A stretch of 30,707 nucleotides of DNA from Rhizaria sp. SCN 62-66. Its lineage: Eukaryota. A program made the translations under genes and the position numbers. Numbering within the stretch: the first letter of the stretch is position 1; every line of letters begins with the position of its first letter. The stretch spans positions 62,001 through 92,707 of the forward strand of contig MEDY01000071.1 in the NCBI GenBank assembly GCA_001724265.1, read 5' to 3'. The notes under the pieces were generated by a model. The model made no database searches. It was not told where the DNA came from and was given only the letters and a program-made list of their open reading frames with translations. Positions 11,514-22,940 of the stretch are shown piece after piece.

Positions 11514-14500
11514 ATGCGTTTTTTCCTTGCTCTCCTGTTGGCCATTGTGTCGATTGGAGCTGTTGGTACGTCTCTATGTCCTTTTCCCGCGCCCCTGTAC
11601 CCCCCTTTTTCGCTTGGCCCAGGGCTGCTTCACCCCAGATCAAGGGGAATCAGTCCGAGCCTTTGTGTGCCGGTGAACGGCCCTGAAGGATATTTTCAAT
11701 GCCTGTCTAGGACACATCCGCGATCTATCTCGTCTCTTTGTCTCTCCCTTGCCGGATCTTTCCTCTCCGTCATGTCCTATACCCTCATTGGATAACCTCC
11801 ACGATGCCCCTTCTCACCCTGTCCCTGTCCCGAACCCATCCCTCTTTATGCTCTGTGCCTGCCCTGACCTCTGCTTCGTGTATAGCCGCCGATCACCGCT
11901 ACGCGGACCTCTCGCTCCAGGAGCTTGAGGCTCTTGCTGTGGCCGAGGCAGATGCCATGGAGTCCTCTGCTGCCTTCCTCGAAGGCGCTAACGTGACTGT
12001 TCCGGCTCCTCCTGCCTCCAACGCCACTCTCCCTGTCAACGGCACCAACCCCGCGAACGTGACTAATGCCACCGTTCCTGTTGTTGCTCCTGCTGGGAAC
12101 TCGACCGCCGGTGTCAACGTCACTGGCGCCGCTGCTGCTGTCACCCAGCGCCTCGAGGCCGTTAAGGCCGCTGCCTCCATCGCTGCCCGCGACAACGCCC
12201 GCAAGCAGATCATGGCCGATGCCCCCATCATCTACAAGCGCATGCTTGCCGTCGAGGACATTGAGAAGGCCAAGGGCGAGGCTGCGCTTGAGGCCGTGGA
12301 CCAGATCCGCTCCGCCGCGCCTCTCGAGGGCATCCCCGTGCTTGAGGCCCGCAAGTTCGTCCGCGAGGCTGGTGCCAAGGCTGCTGAGCTCGTCGCCCAG
12401 AAGTCTGGCCTCGGCGCTGTCACCGACAAGAACAACGCCATGGCCCGCGCATCCCTTGACACCATGCGCCGCATTCTCCGTGATGCTATTGAGGCCGGTG
12501 TCCAGGCCGGTCTCAAGTCCGTCGAGTCCGAGGTTGACGTCCTTCCCAACTTTGCCACCGCCCTCAACGCGTCCGTCTCGTCGCTCCCGGCCCCCAAGCC
12601 TGTCGTGGTTGCGCCCAACGCCACCGCGAACGCTACCGGCAACGCCACCGTCGCCGTCAACGCGACTGGCCCCCGCCCCAACGGCAACGTGACTGTCCCC
12701 GTTGTTGGCAACAACACCGCGGCCCTCCCCCCTGCGCCTGCCGCCCCCGCCGCCCCTGCCGCCCCTGCTGCCCCCGCCGCCCCTGCTGCCCCTCCTGCCC
12801 CTGCTGCTCCTGCTGCCCCTGCTGCTCCTGCTGCCCCCGTGTCTCTGCTCGAGCTCGAGGCCGGCGTCGACGTGGCCGCCTACATCGCTCTCGAGGCTGA
12901 GCTCGCGCTCGGCTTCGGCATCGACATCGACGCCATGCAGCTCGCTGAGATGGACGCCAGCCTCGACCACGAGGCCGTCGCCGAGGCCCAGGCCGCCGTC
13001 GACGCCGAGGCTGAGGCGGAGGTCGACGCTGAGGCCGAGGCCGAGGCCGAGGCTGAGGCTGAGGCCGAGGCTGAGGCTGAGGCTGCGGCTGAGCTCGACG
13101 CCGAGCTTGACGCCGAGGTCGATGCTGAGGTTGATGTCGAGGCTGAGGCCGACGCCGAGATCGAGGCTGAGGTCGAGGCCGCTGCTGAGGCTGACGCCGA
13201 GGCCGAGGTCGACGCTGAGGCTGAGGCTGAGGCTGAGGCTGAGGTCGACGCTGAGGTCGAGGCTGAGACCGAGGTCGAGGGTGACCCCGTGATCGGCGAC
13301 TCGCCCAACACTGCCGTCAATGACGCCGAGCGCCGTCTCAAGATCGTCCAGTGGCTCAACGCCGCCGCCGCTGCCCCCGCGAACCAGAAGCTGTGGAACC
13401 AGTACGCCGACGACAAAGGTGACTCGTACTACGCCAACACCATCACCATGGAGGTGACCTGGCGCGCGCCCTCAGAGGCCGACAAGCTCAAGCTTGCCCG
13501 CGACTTTTCCTCCGAGTCCGACGTCCCCAGTGCGTGGGGCGCGTGGAAGAACAACTTCATCACGGCCGTCGACCACGACCTCCTGAAGAAGCCCCGCGAC
13601 TGGTGCAACCCCAACCTGTGCAAGAACGGCGTGCCCTGCGTCAACGGCAAGTGCCAGTGCGGCCTGATGTTCGAGGGTGACATGTGTGAGCGCCCCTCCG
13701 CGCTTGCCCGTGACCTCCGCTTCAAGCAGGCTCTCGAGAGTGAGGTACTTTAAACAAACATACTGCTCCTTAGGTCTGGATGGAATGGAATGAGTTGTGC
13801 TGATTTGCTTATAATACTGTGTTGATGTTGTGAGATATATGAACCGAAAATCAAAAGAAAATAACTGTGGAAGCACAGGCAACAACTTGGTATTGTATGT
13901 GTCCCTGAAGTTGTGTATTCTGTGTGTGTCTGGTCTCGGGGTAGTAGCGTACGTCGTCTGTTGTTGTGAGTCAGTCTGAAGTTGCTTGATCGCGCGGTGG
14001 TGGTGTGTGAGTGTTGTGGTGCACCACTGTCACTGCGTACTTACTACTGTCACCTGCGTCATCAAGCAAACGCAGCTCTCCACCACATGCAGACGCGGAG
14101 CTCTAGTCCTATCCGCACCCACGTAATACACACTTGGAACACATTTGAACAAGTACAAAGTATCACTATTAACTTACCGGTTGTCTAAATATTCACTCAC
14201 AAATCACTGTCTTGCCTTCCTTGACTTCGCTTTTTCTCTCTGCTTAGGGTGCTGACCCTTCCGAGCGTCTCGCCCGCGAGGCCGCTGTCGCCAAGGCCGC
14301 TGCCGACGCCGACCTCAAGGCGCGCACTCTGCCCACCTCTGAGAACGACGAGCCCCAGTTCGCGATCGCCGCCGAGGGCTCCTACATTGCGCAGTCGCTT
14401 GTCGACACCGAGACCGGCTACGTGAACCCCAAGGCCAAGATCGAGGGCCCCGTGTCTGCGTCCAAGTACACTCCCAACGTGGCCCGCTACGTTGACCACA

Positions 14501-14787
14501 TGCTGATGCACAACGCCCCGCACCAGAACCTGCCCTCTGCGCCCTCGCAGCTGCGCAAGGCGATGGCCACCACCCGCGAGGCCTTCGTCGCCAGCCATAA
14601 GGTCCGCTCCTTCATGGACAAGAACGGCCCCGCCACGCTCCCCAGCGTCAATAAGACGCACATCGAGCTCTACGTCGCCCCCAAGCCCGTCGTCGCGGTT
14701 CCCGCCGCGCTCAACTACACGCGTGACATCATGAACAAGGAGCCCACCGTCCAGCCTGAGCCCGTGGTTGTCACCTCGCTCGTCTAA
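11514..14787 (+). CDS. Secreted protein (~816 aa): signal peptide, N-glycosylation-rich region, (PAA)n, (EA/EVDA)n tract, WW-like and EGF-like domains; join(11514..11565,11886..13744,14248..14787)
   Basis: Exon 1 MRFFLALLLAIVSIGAV + G|gtacgt; acceptor tatag at 11885; donor GAG|gtactt at 13745; acceptor tttttctctctgcttag at 14247; phases match; ends TAA. WW-like LWNQYADDKGDSYYANTITMEVTWRAP; EGF-like CNPNLCKNGVPCVNGKCQCGLMFEGDMC. Confidence 0.82.
11566..11885 (+). other. Spliceosomal intron (320 nt, phase 1)
   Basis: GTACGT...pyrimidine-rich...TATAG; joins the signal-peptide exon in frame to the long ORF. Confidence 0.82.
12728..13280 (+). repeat. Coding low-complexity repeats: (Pro-Ala-Ala)n at ~12728-12838 and (Glu-Ala)/(Glu-Val-Asp-Ala)n at ~12970-13280
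   Basis: gcccctgcc/gcccccgcc and gaggct/gaggcc tandem units are visible directly. Confidence 0.9.
13745..14247 (+). other. Spliceosomal intron (503 nt, phase 0)
   Basis: GTACTT donor at an abrupt GC-to-AT transition; polypyrimidine tract + TTAG acceptor; biased codon usage resumes in frame at 14248. Confidence 0.78.
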
Positions 14788-15046
14788 ATATCGTGCGCCG
14801 GACTTTGATGATGGTGATTTGGTTGGAGGAACTGTGTCTTGAGACCGAAGACGTGTGCGTTTGCGAAAGTGAACGTGCACTGTACAAATTGCATGCTAGC
14901 AGCGAGTTTATACACCACTGCCGTAATACACATTGATTCAAAAACGAAATCTGCCTTATATATTGTATTGCACAGAGACGTTTATAAAAGTTTTAAATTG
15001 ATATTCGTCGTGCGGTTGTGGCTAAAACTGTTTCTGTTGTTTCCTG

Positions 15047-17021
15047 TCACACCGGCTCTTGCACCCGACGCCGCGCCTCCGCCGCTGCCCGCGCACGCAC
15101 ACACGTGAGACACTGGGGCCGCAGCTCAGCCAGCGTACCGGCATCATCTGCCCCTGTCTCAGCCTCTGTTGTCGCCGTCGAATGGTGGCGCTCAAAGCTC
15201 GAGTGGCGGCTGTAGTCACAGTTGTTGCAGTAGTTGCTGTGAGACCTGCGGTAGCGGCAACTGTTCTAGCTGGTGCTGTTGGGAAGTGAGTGCCGTGACG
15301 GAGCTGAGTGGGCAGCTGGCGACGGTGACTGATGCTGCTGCTGATCGAGGAACTTGACCGTATTGTTGCTGTCGTTGCGAGCGTCAGGGCCCAGTGGTGG
15401 TTTACTGGAGATCGTGGCAGCATGTTGCTTCTGTGTGGGTACCGGTGTAAGTGGAGCAGCTGATGTCACCCGAGCATCCGTGAACACATTTGCATCTGGA
15501 TGCTGTGCTTCTGCCACTGTCAGTACTGCTGCTGCTGCCTTGGCCAGTGGCACATTTGCACTGGTCTCCGTCGTCTTGGTCTTTGGCGTCGTCACTGCTC
15601 CCGGTGCCGTCGTCGGCTCCGATGAGGTCGGTGCTATCATCGTAGCTGATGTTGTTGTTGCAGCAACTACTGCCAGAGCTCGTGTATGTACGAGAGGAAC
15701 CTTGGCAACAGTTCGCGGCTTGGCCTCAGCTACCAGCGGCGGTGGCCGAACCCATGCGTAAGGCGCCACGACGGTCCAGCTTCCTGCAGCCAGTTGAGCG
15801 ACACCGTGGCCAGAGTGCAGCGTCCTCTCCGCCGCTGCTGCGCCTCTTGCTGTCATGGTCTTCGTGGTTGCTGCTGTGGCTTGATTCGCGCCGACAGCGT
15901 AACCATCCCTGGCACCAGCAACAACGGTGAGCAGCAAGGGCATGGACACGGCAGCGGCAGCGACATCGAGTCGACTCACACCGGTGCGGCTGCCTCCACT
16001 GCCAAAGCTAGTCGCAGCACTTGTGACAGCAATCGTCGCCCGCGCTGCCCCTTTTCTTTGAGGAACTCTGGCTGAAACAGCTGCAGCCGCGCTATTGATA
16101 ACGCGGTCAGCTTTTGTTGCGTCATGTGAGGCGGCAGCAGACAGCACTAGCGGTGAGACTCCTCCAGGCTCCGGCGCCGTCGTGATCTGTGCCGTGGCAT
16201 AACTCAGCACGCCTGTGTTGTTAGTGTTTGTGGCTGTACTGCTGATCTTGTCGCAGGGCAGCGCATCAGGCTGGGTGGTAAGCACTGGAAACGCAGAGCG
16301 CGCGTTGCGCAATGCAAGGGGTGGTCGCAGCTTACTGACATTGGCACTGGTGCAACTCGCAAACACTCGAGCGTTAGCCGTTCCTGCACTAGTTTGTATC
16401 GCAGTAGTGTTGTTTGACACAAGTGAGACATCGCTGCTACCCGCTGCTCTCGTCAAAGTATCGGACGCGGCAACGTCTTGAGCCGAGGAGACTGCAGTGG
16501 GGGCAGTGAGGGTGAGAGTGATCGTGGCAGACGTCGGCAGATGAGAGATTGGAACACGCTTGACGCGCTTATGCTTGCAAGAGGCAACAAGGACGTCAGG
16601 GTTAAAAACTCTTGACGGCTACTGTGGCGGCGACAGCGTGGCTCCAGAGTCGGAGTCGCCAGAGACAGCAGAGATGTCAGTCTCATGCTGCGCTGTGTTG
16701 CCGCAATCGTTATCGTCGTCACTCTCGCGCCAGGGAACATGCAAAACAGCACAATCAAGCGCAAACTTAACAGCCCATGCGTCCACAGGTGGACTCAGAC
16801 TGTCTTGCAGCTTTGCATCATCACGGAACACAACTGGCGTGCCCTCATGATCGCGCGATGTCTGGAGCTTATCAACACCCCGTGACACGGTGCCTAGAGG
16901 CATTGTGCTCGGAAATGCACCCTGTAAATCAATGCAATAACAAGAAATTCATTCGTAAGCGTTGTTTATGGATCATTGAGATGATGTACAAGCCTGTTTA
17001 AGCGATGAAGTAGCGTACCAT
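15047..17021 (-). CDS. Thr/Ala/Ser-rich hypothetical protein (~625 aa) with two in-frame TAGs; join complement(17019..17021,15047..16921)
   Basis: ORFs 16619..16903 and 15266..16456 share a frame. That frame has no TAA/TGA from 16921 to TGA 15047-15049, only TAG at 16619-16621 and 15266-15268. Upstream cacgATG|gtacgc (17021-17013) and tttacag| (16922) give an in-frame phase-0 intron. Confidence 0.6.
16922..17018 (-). other. Putative spliceosomal intron (97 nt) directly after the start codon
   Basis: GTACGC donor, T-rich tract, TTTACAG acceptor; restores frame M|GAFPSTMPLG. Confidence 0.6.
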
Positions 17022-18047
17022 CGTGATGTGGGAAGGCTTGGATCCACGCGAGTGACCGTTGAGATATGCGGCCTCAACCGAAACGCTACAAAAGTATAGA
17101 TTTGTGTAAATGTAAGATATAGCAACAAAAATTAGAGTTAGCAACTGATATCTTTAATGACGGACTAATTAAAGCATGGCACTCCTTGGTCTTCGAGACA
17201 CTTATTCAAGTCACTTCACCACAAATATAATCACAGTCGGCCTAGCTGCTGTAGCAAGGGCGAAACAGCCTCAGATACAGCTGATTAAACAAGACAGCAT
17301 CAGTATAACTCATGTCTGCAAATTGTTTAACTACATGCTCCCAAATCTCTTCTCCTGTGTGCGTGAATTCCTCAAATGCCACGAAGATCCCGACGATCTC
17401 ACACATAATATTGCAATTATATCCATGCCCGCAAAGCCGCCAACGGCGTTGCAAACGGCATTAGATTAAAACAATATAGTTGTAAGGTATATCGTAAGGA
17501 TAAAAACGTCTGAGAGGGCTTTATGTTAGTAGAGCTTGTTTAGTGATGAAAGCGACCCCTCCCTTTAGCTCCCGGTCAGTCGACTCAAAAAACCTCGTCA
17601 CCACCTGCCGAAGAACCTCCTTTGTAAAAACGGGGTTTGTGGTTCTTCTCTCCATGAAAAGGCGAATCGGTTTATCAATTCTGCGTTTATATGACTCTTT
17701 AGTACTTCATTACAAATCCGGATGTGCCAGATGGCGACGTCTCGTGTGGTATTGACTCAGTCAAGTCAAGTTGATAGGAAGCGACGACTCCGACGACCCG
17801 CTCTCGTTTCAAGAGTCATTTTCATCATATTACCGTAATTGAAACGAAACAAGTCATGAAGCGCAATATTGCCGGACTGGCGAGGTGCTGAGATTTGATT
17901 ATGATGGTGCTGTTTTACCGACAACTGCAACTTTTTTTTGTTGTTTCCCATCCGAACCTCTCGTAACGCTCCTACCCTTCTCATACCCCTTTACCCTTCT
18001 CACGCGCAACATGCTCGTATAAACCCTTTTGTTTAGACTCGAGGCTA

Positions 18048-21000
18048 ATGCGGTTCATTACCAGCGTTCTCCTCGCCGTCGTGGCATGCTGGGCCGTCGC
18101 TGCACAGGCGTCTGCGGCGTCCCGTGGCGTCTCCCCCATGGCCAAGACGCTCCTCGCCCACTTGGTCACCGAGCTCGAGGACACCAATTCCGGTGCCGCC
18201 GCGTCCTCTCTGAGCAGCGAGGGTCACAACAGCGCGCGTTTGTCCGACTACTCGACTCCGTTCGCGTCGCTCGACCGCTCGCAGAGCCTCAACTCGCGCG
18301 CGTCGGGCGTGTATCGCTCTCACGAGCGCCTCTTCGTCGAGATCTTCTCCGCCGCCCAGCGCTACCACAGCGAGGGCGAGGAGGTCGACGCCGAGGTCCT
18401 TTCGCTGCACGAGAAGCTGTACGACTTCAAAGACGCCCTCGCGCGCGAGATCAGCCCCCGTGACGCGTCCTACACAGCCACCCCCGAGGGCGCGGCCGCC
18501 TTCCTCAAGTCCTACCTGGCCCTCACCTCCGGCGAGGACCGCGCGTCCCCCGCCGCGGTCGCGGCCGCCGAGCGCCTGTTGGCGCAGGTCAAGACGGTGC
18601 TGCCACCGCCCGCCGAGGTGCACGCGCGCCGCCTCGCGGCCCGCAAGCTGACGCTGGATCCCGCGCACCCGTCGCACGTGCAGCTGCTCTCGGCAACCGC
18701 GGGCCTCCGCGCCTTCGCGGCAGACGGCTCGCTGCAGCCGTTGGCGAGCTTCGCCGCCGAGGACCAGCGCGCGCTGCTGGGCTGGATTGTGGCGGGCGAG
18801 CCTGCGACGTTCGCGTGTCAGCAGTGCAAGGACATGGTGCGCGCGATCCGCGACATCGCGAGTGTGCTGGCGCCCGAGCACGTGGTCAAGCTCGTCAAGC
18901 CCATCTGCGCCACGGCCGCGCACTGGCTCGTCCCGCTGATCCCGCGCGAGACGTGCGACCCCGCGGTCGAGGGCGAGTGCACCATGTTCTGCGAGGGCAT
19001 GCTCGAGTCCTGGGGCCCCAGCGTGACCGAGCTCATCATCGGCATCCTGGCCGACCCGCGCAAGCGCTGCCACCAGCTCAAGGTGTGCCCCGCGCCCGAC
19101 GAGGACCCCGTGCCGCAGCCGACGTTCCCGGCCACGATTGTCGAGTCCGCCGGCGCGTCCGCGGCCCACGGGTCCTCGCGCATCCTCCAGTTCTCCGACG
19201 TCCACCTGGACGAGTTCTATGAGGTCGGCTCGCGCGCCGAGTGCAAGATGCCCGTCTGCTGCCGCGGCCCCGCGCCCGCGGGCACGGGCACTGCGGGCAC
19301 CTTTGGCCACTTCAACTGCGACGCGCCCGACGTGCTGATTAAGTCGTGCTTCTCGCAGATCCCGCTGACCAACGTGAGCCACGTCGTCTTCACCGGCGAC
19401 TCACCCGCTCACGACCTCTGGATGCAGACCAAGGAGGGCAACATCGGCGTCATCACGCGCGTCACCGACTGGGCAGTCGAGGCCGTCAAGCTCGCCACGC
19501 ACGTCCAGCGCACGGGCGCAACCATCCTCCCGCCGGTCCCCGCGGCCGCGCGGTACGGCCGCTCCGTCGGCTCCGAACGTGCGCCGCAGTGCCCGCGCAA
19601 CGCCGCCGCGCTCGACATGTGGACCGCGCTTTTCACCGCGCCCTCCGCCGTCAAGCACACCAAAGCCAACTCCGGCTCCGACGCCGGCGCCGAGATCGAC
19701 GCCGCCGTGCGCTCGGCCGCGGCATCTGCCCGCCTGGCTGCTCTGTCGATCGCGCCCGAGGACAACTCGCTCGCGGCCGCCATCAACGCAGGCGTGCGCT
19801 ACTGGCCCGTGCTGGGCAACCACGCCGCGGCGCCCGTCGACCAGTACGGCGGCCCCGCCAAGGACCACTGGCTCTACGGCGCCGTGGGCCGCAACTGGGC
19901 GCGCTTCCTGCCGCCCTCGGCCGTGGCATCGTTCGTCTACGGCGGCTACTATACTGCCGTCATGGAGCCCGGGCTGCACGTCATCGGGCTGCAGACCAAC
20001 TACTACGATCCAGTGAACCTGTACCTGCTGTACGCCGAACACCCCGACCTGGGCGGGCAGCTGGGCTGGCTCGAGTTCGTGCTCGCGCAGATCGAGGCTA
20101 AGGGCGAGAAGGCGCTCATCATCGGCCACGAGCCCGTGTCGACGTGGGCCAAGGGCTACTGGCCCACACGCTACCTGGACATCATCACGCGCTACGCCGG
20201 CTCCATCTCGGCCACGCTCTTCGGCCACGTTCACTCGGACCACTTCCACGTCGTGTCGAAGCAGTCGGTGGCCGAGGCCGCGGCCACGCGCTCCCCGCTC
20301 TCGGACCTTGCGGCCCGCACCGTGACCGCCGCGGCGCGCACACTCTTCGCCGCCGACCCCGCCGCGGCCGCCAAGACGGCCGGCTGCCCCGCCACCAAGG
20401 CCCTGATGAGCGCCTCTAACGTGGACCGCATCGCGCAGTCGCTGTCCGCGCCCGCGGTGGGCCCCGTGTCGGCGCCCGTGGACCCGGCGTCGCTGACCCC
20501 GGTCGCAGTCGAGTACATCCCCAGCTCCGTGTCCCCCATCGGCGAGTCCACCAACCCGTCGTTCCGCGTCTACGTCATGAATCCGCAGACCAAGGGCTTC
20601 ACCGACTACGAGCAGTACCGCGCCGACCTGCTTAAGGCCAACGCGCGCGGCGTCATGACCTGGGAGAAGGTCCACATCGCCTCGCAGGAGTACGGTCTCA
20701 AGGACCTCTCGCCTCAGTACGTTTTAACCATCGTATCGCAATTTCTCTCTCTGATCACAGCATCAAAACATTAGCCTCAAATCACCACCTTCTGACATTC
20801 TATCATCATATCTCTGCCAACGTTTGTTGTTTTTTCTCTCTTTATTGCTGCGCTCTCGTGCAGGGAGATGCACCGCATTGCGCTGCGCGTGACGCAGGAT
20901 GACGCGCTGTTCCGCACTGTCGTCGACAACTACTACGGCGGCACCAACAAGACGCGCACGGGCGACCGCCTGGACAAGCGCGCCATGGGCTGCTACCTGG

Positions 21001-21053
21001 CCACGGCCACCGCGGCCGGCAAGGCCTCTTGCGTCGAGTACTTCAAGCAGTAA
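18048..21053 (+). CDS. SMPD1: Acid sphingomyelinase-like phosphodiesterase with signal peptide and saposin-B domain (~952 aa); join(18048..20716,20864..21053)
   Basis: Signal peptide MRFITSVLLAVVACWAVAAQA; saposin Cys pattern CQQC...C...C...CHQLKVCP; metallophosphoesterase motifs FSDVHLD, C..PVCCR, FGHFNCDAP, FTGDSPAHD, LGNH, IIGHEP, LFGHVHSD, PSSVSP..NPSFRVY; ends TAA. Confidence 0.92.
20717..20863 (+). other. Spliceosomal intron (147 nt, phase 2)
   Basis: GTACGT...ttttttctctcttt...GTGCAG; CA|G joins to GAG ATG CAC in frame. Confidence 0.88.
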
Positions 21054-21878
21054 AAGCGCGACACAAAGTAACGGTAACATATTCTGGAGATGCTAAATCT
21101 CATATTTTTATTAAGTCATTTCTTTGTCTCAAATCATCACCGTAACGCGATGGTTGTTGTTACACTGTATTGTTTGTCACACTTCTGCCGTGAACAACAT
21201 CAACCTTGTTCAGCTTCCTTGTGTGTTGCTACGCTACTAGTATGTCTTTTCGCGGTGGCGCAGAGACTTGCGAATGCCTCTTATAATACAATGTATACAC
21301 TTTGTTGTGTAAATTTGTACAAAATTGCCTGATATTCCGTCGACTTAATCTGACAAGCATCCTAGGCAGGTTTCTCTGCACTGTAATTCTGAAAATGTAA
21401 AAAATATCGGTGGAATGACGCTATTGGCAAAATAATTTTGAATATAACAAGCAACATGGTATTTCATGTTAAAATTCTTTGTTTGTTTTTCGCCCAAGTC
21501 ATGTTTTCAAAATGTATCAATCGTTTATGTTTTTGTGCAACTTTAAGAAAATGAGCTCATTTCGGGCGATCGATATTTTTTGAGTGAAAAAGATTCTGCA
21601 AAAGTGGGAAAATTCTGCGATATTATAAATACACTTCGTGTTGATGATGCGCATTCATCGCAGTTATTTCAAAATGGAGCTCCACTCAGCATTAAGTCGA
21701 GACGTCACAGAAACGCACTTAAAAATATAATCAGGGAACTGTGCTTGTATTCAGCGTCAAAGAACACTCCTGGCCATTCTCTGACCACTCAACCTCGCAA
21801 CAAAGCACATCAAAGCTGCGTTATCGACATGTTGGCTTAATTATTCACGTGTACACATGTATCTCCATCTCTCACAGC

Positions 21879-22940
21879 TCACTCAGGCTTCCTGTCACTC
21901 TGCTGTTGCTGCTGCTGTTGCTGCAGTGCAAGCCCCGGCGCGACGGTGAGCGCGACGTCAGGCAGCACCACGGGCTCGGCTAGCTTCTTCTGCAGCGCGG
22001 CGAGGTTCTCCTTGTGGAACTCGTTCAACCGCTTGAACGCGCCCTCGAGCGCGGCGTTGATCTCGGCCTTGGCGCCACGCACGTACTCGACATTCTTGCG
22101 CCGCTTGAGCTTGCGCGCCGCGCGCTTGCCCTCGCCCAGCGCCGTGGTCGCCTTGACGCGCTCCGCCACGCCCTGCGCGGCCGTGATGGCCATAGCGAGC
22201 GACTGCTGCGTCAGCGAAAGAACCGTGGGCGACGCCAGGTGCGCGTCCATGCGGCTCGCGTTGTGGGCCGCCATGGCGACGTGCGCGCAGGCCCCGTTAA
22301 GCGCGGGGCTCACGCCGGGCGGCACCACCGACGACGACGACGAGTCCGTTGCCGTCTGCGCACTGCTGGTAGCAGCGGTATCGGCGCTCGCGGACGCGGG
22401 CGGGGGTGGCGACGGTAGCGGGAAGAGCGGCGTAAGGCCCTGGGCCGCGCGCTCGGCGTTGCGGCGGGCGACGTACGCGGCCGTCTCGGGCACCGTCGTC
22501 TGCTGCAGCTGCTGCGCGGGCGCAAGCGAGGTAAGCCAGCGCGCGTCGAGCGGGCGGCGGCGCGGCGGCGCGTTGGGGTTGCGCAGGTAGCTGGGCGTCG
22601 TGTCGGGCGTCGGGTCCAGCGCCGTAGGCGTGGCCCAGAAGCCGTAGAGCGTGTTCATGCGGTCCGCCTCCAGGGAAACGTACTGCGAGTGGTCAAACAG
22701 CGTGAAGGACGTGTCAAAAAATGCGTCCGTAATGTCGCGGGCCTGGCGCGAGGAGTCGAGCGCCTTGTACGGAGAGAGGGAGCGGATGGCAGCATCCAGC
22801 GCCTGGTCGGCCACGCAGCCAGCGCCGGGGACGGGCGTGGAAGGCGACGCCGGGACCGTGTGGGAAGACAGACCGCCCAAGGGGGACGTCAATGGAACCG
22901 GAACTGTGGTCAACGACGAGATGAAGGCTTTCAGAGACAT
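21879..22940 (-). CDS. Hypothetical protein (~353 aa) with basic helical C-terminal segment and poly-Gln
   Basis: GC-rich biased ORF MSLKAFISSL...GKRAARKLKRRKNVEYVRGAKAEINAALEGAFKRLNEFHKENL...QQQQQQQQSDRKPE, ends TGA; likely 5'UTR intron GTGAGT(23042)...TTTTCCCCAG(22951). No family recognised. Confidence 0.7.
   Translation of the reverse strand: MSLKAFISSLTTVPVPLTSPLGGLSSHTVPASPSTPVPGAGCVADQALDAAIRSLSPYKALDSSRQARDITDAFFDTSFTLFDHSQYVSLEADRMNTLYGFWATPTALDPTPDTTPSYLRNPNAPPRRRPLDARWLTSLAPAQQLQQTTVPETAAYVARRNAERAAQGLTPLFPLPSPPPPASASADTAATSSAQTATDSSSSSVVPPGVSPALNGACAHVAMAAHNASRMDAHLASPTVLSLTQQSLAMAITAAQGVAERVKATTALGEGKRAARKLKRRKNVEYVRGAKAEINAALEGAFKRLNEFHKENLAALQKKLAEPVVLPDVALTVAPGLALQQQQQQQQSDRKPE

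Noticed and set aside
13745-14247. Intronic snoRNA or tRNA (including a CUA suppressor tRNA) here or in other non-coding gaps
   Set aside because: No convincing C/D box pair or cloverleaf with a T-loop seen by eye; tRNAscan-SE/Infernal would be needed to exclude one.
17176-17469. 97-aa AT-rich ORF
   Set aside because: Composition matches intergenic DNA; no motif or splice support.
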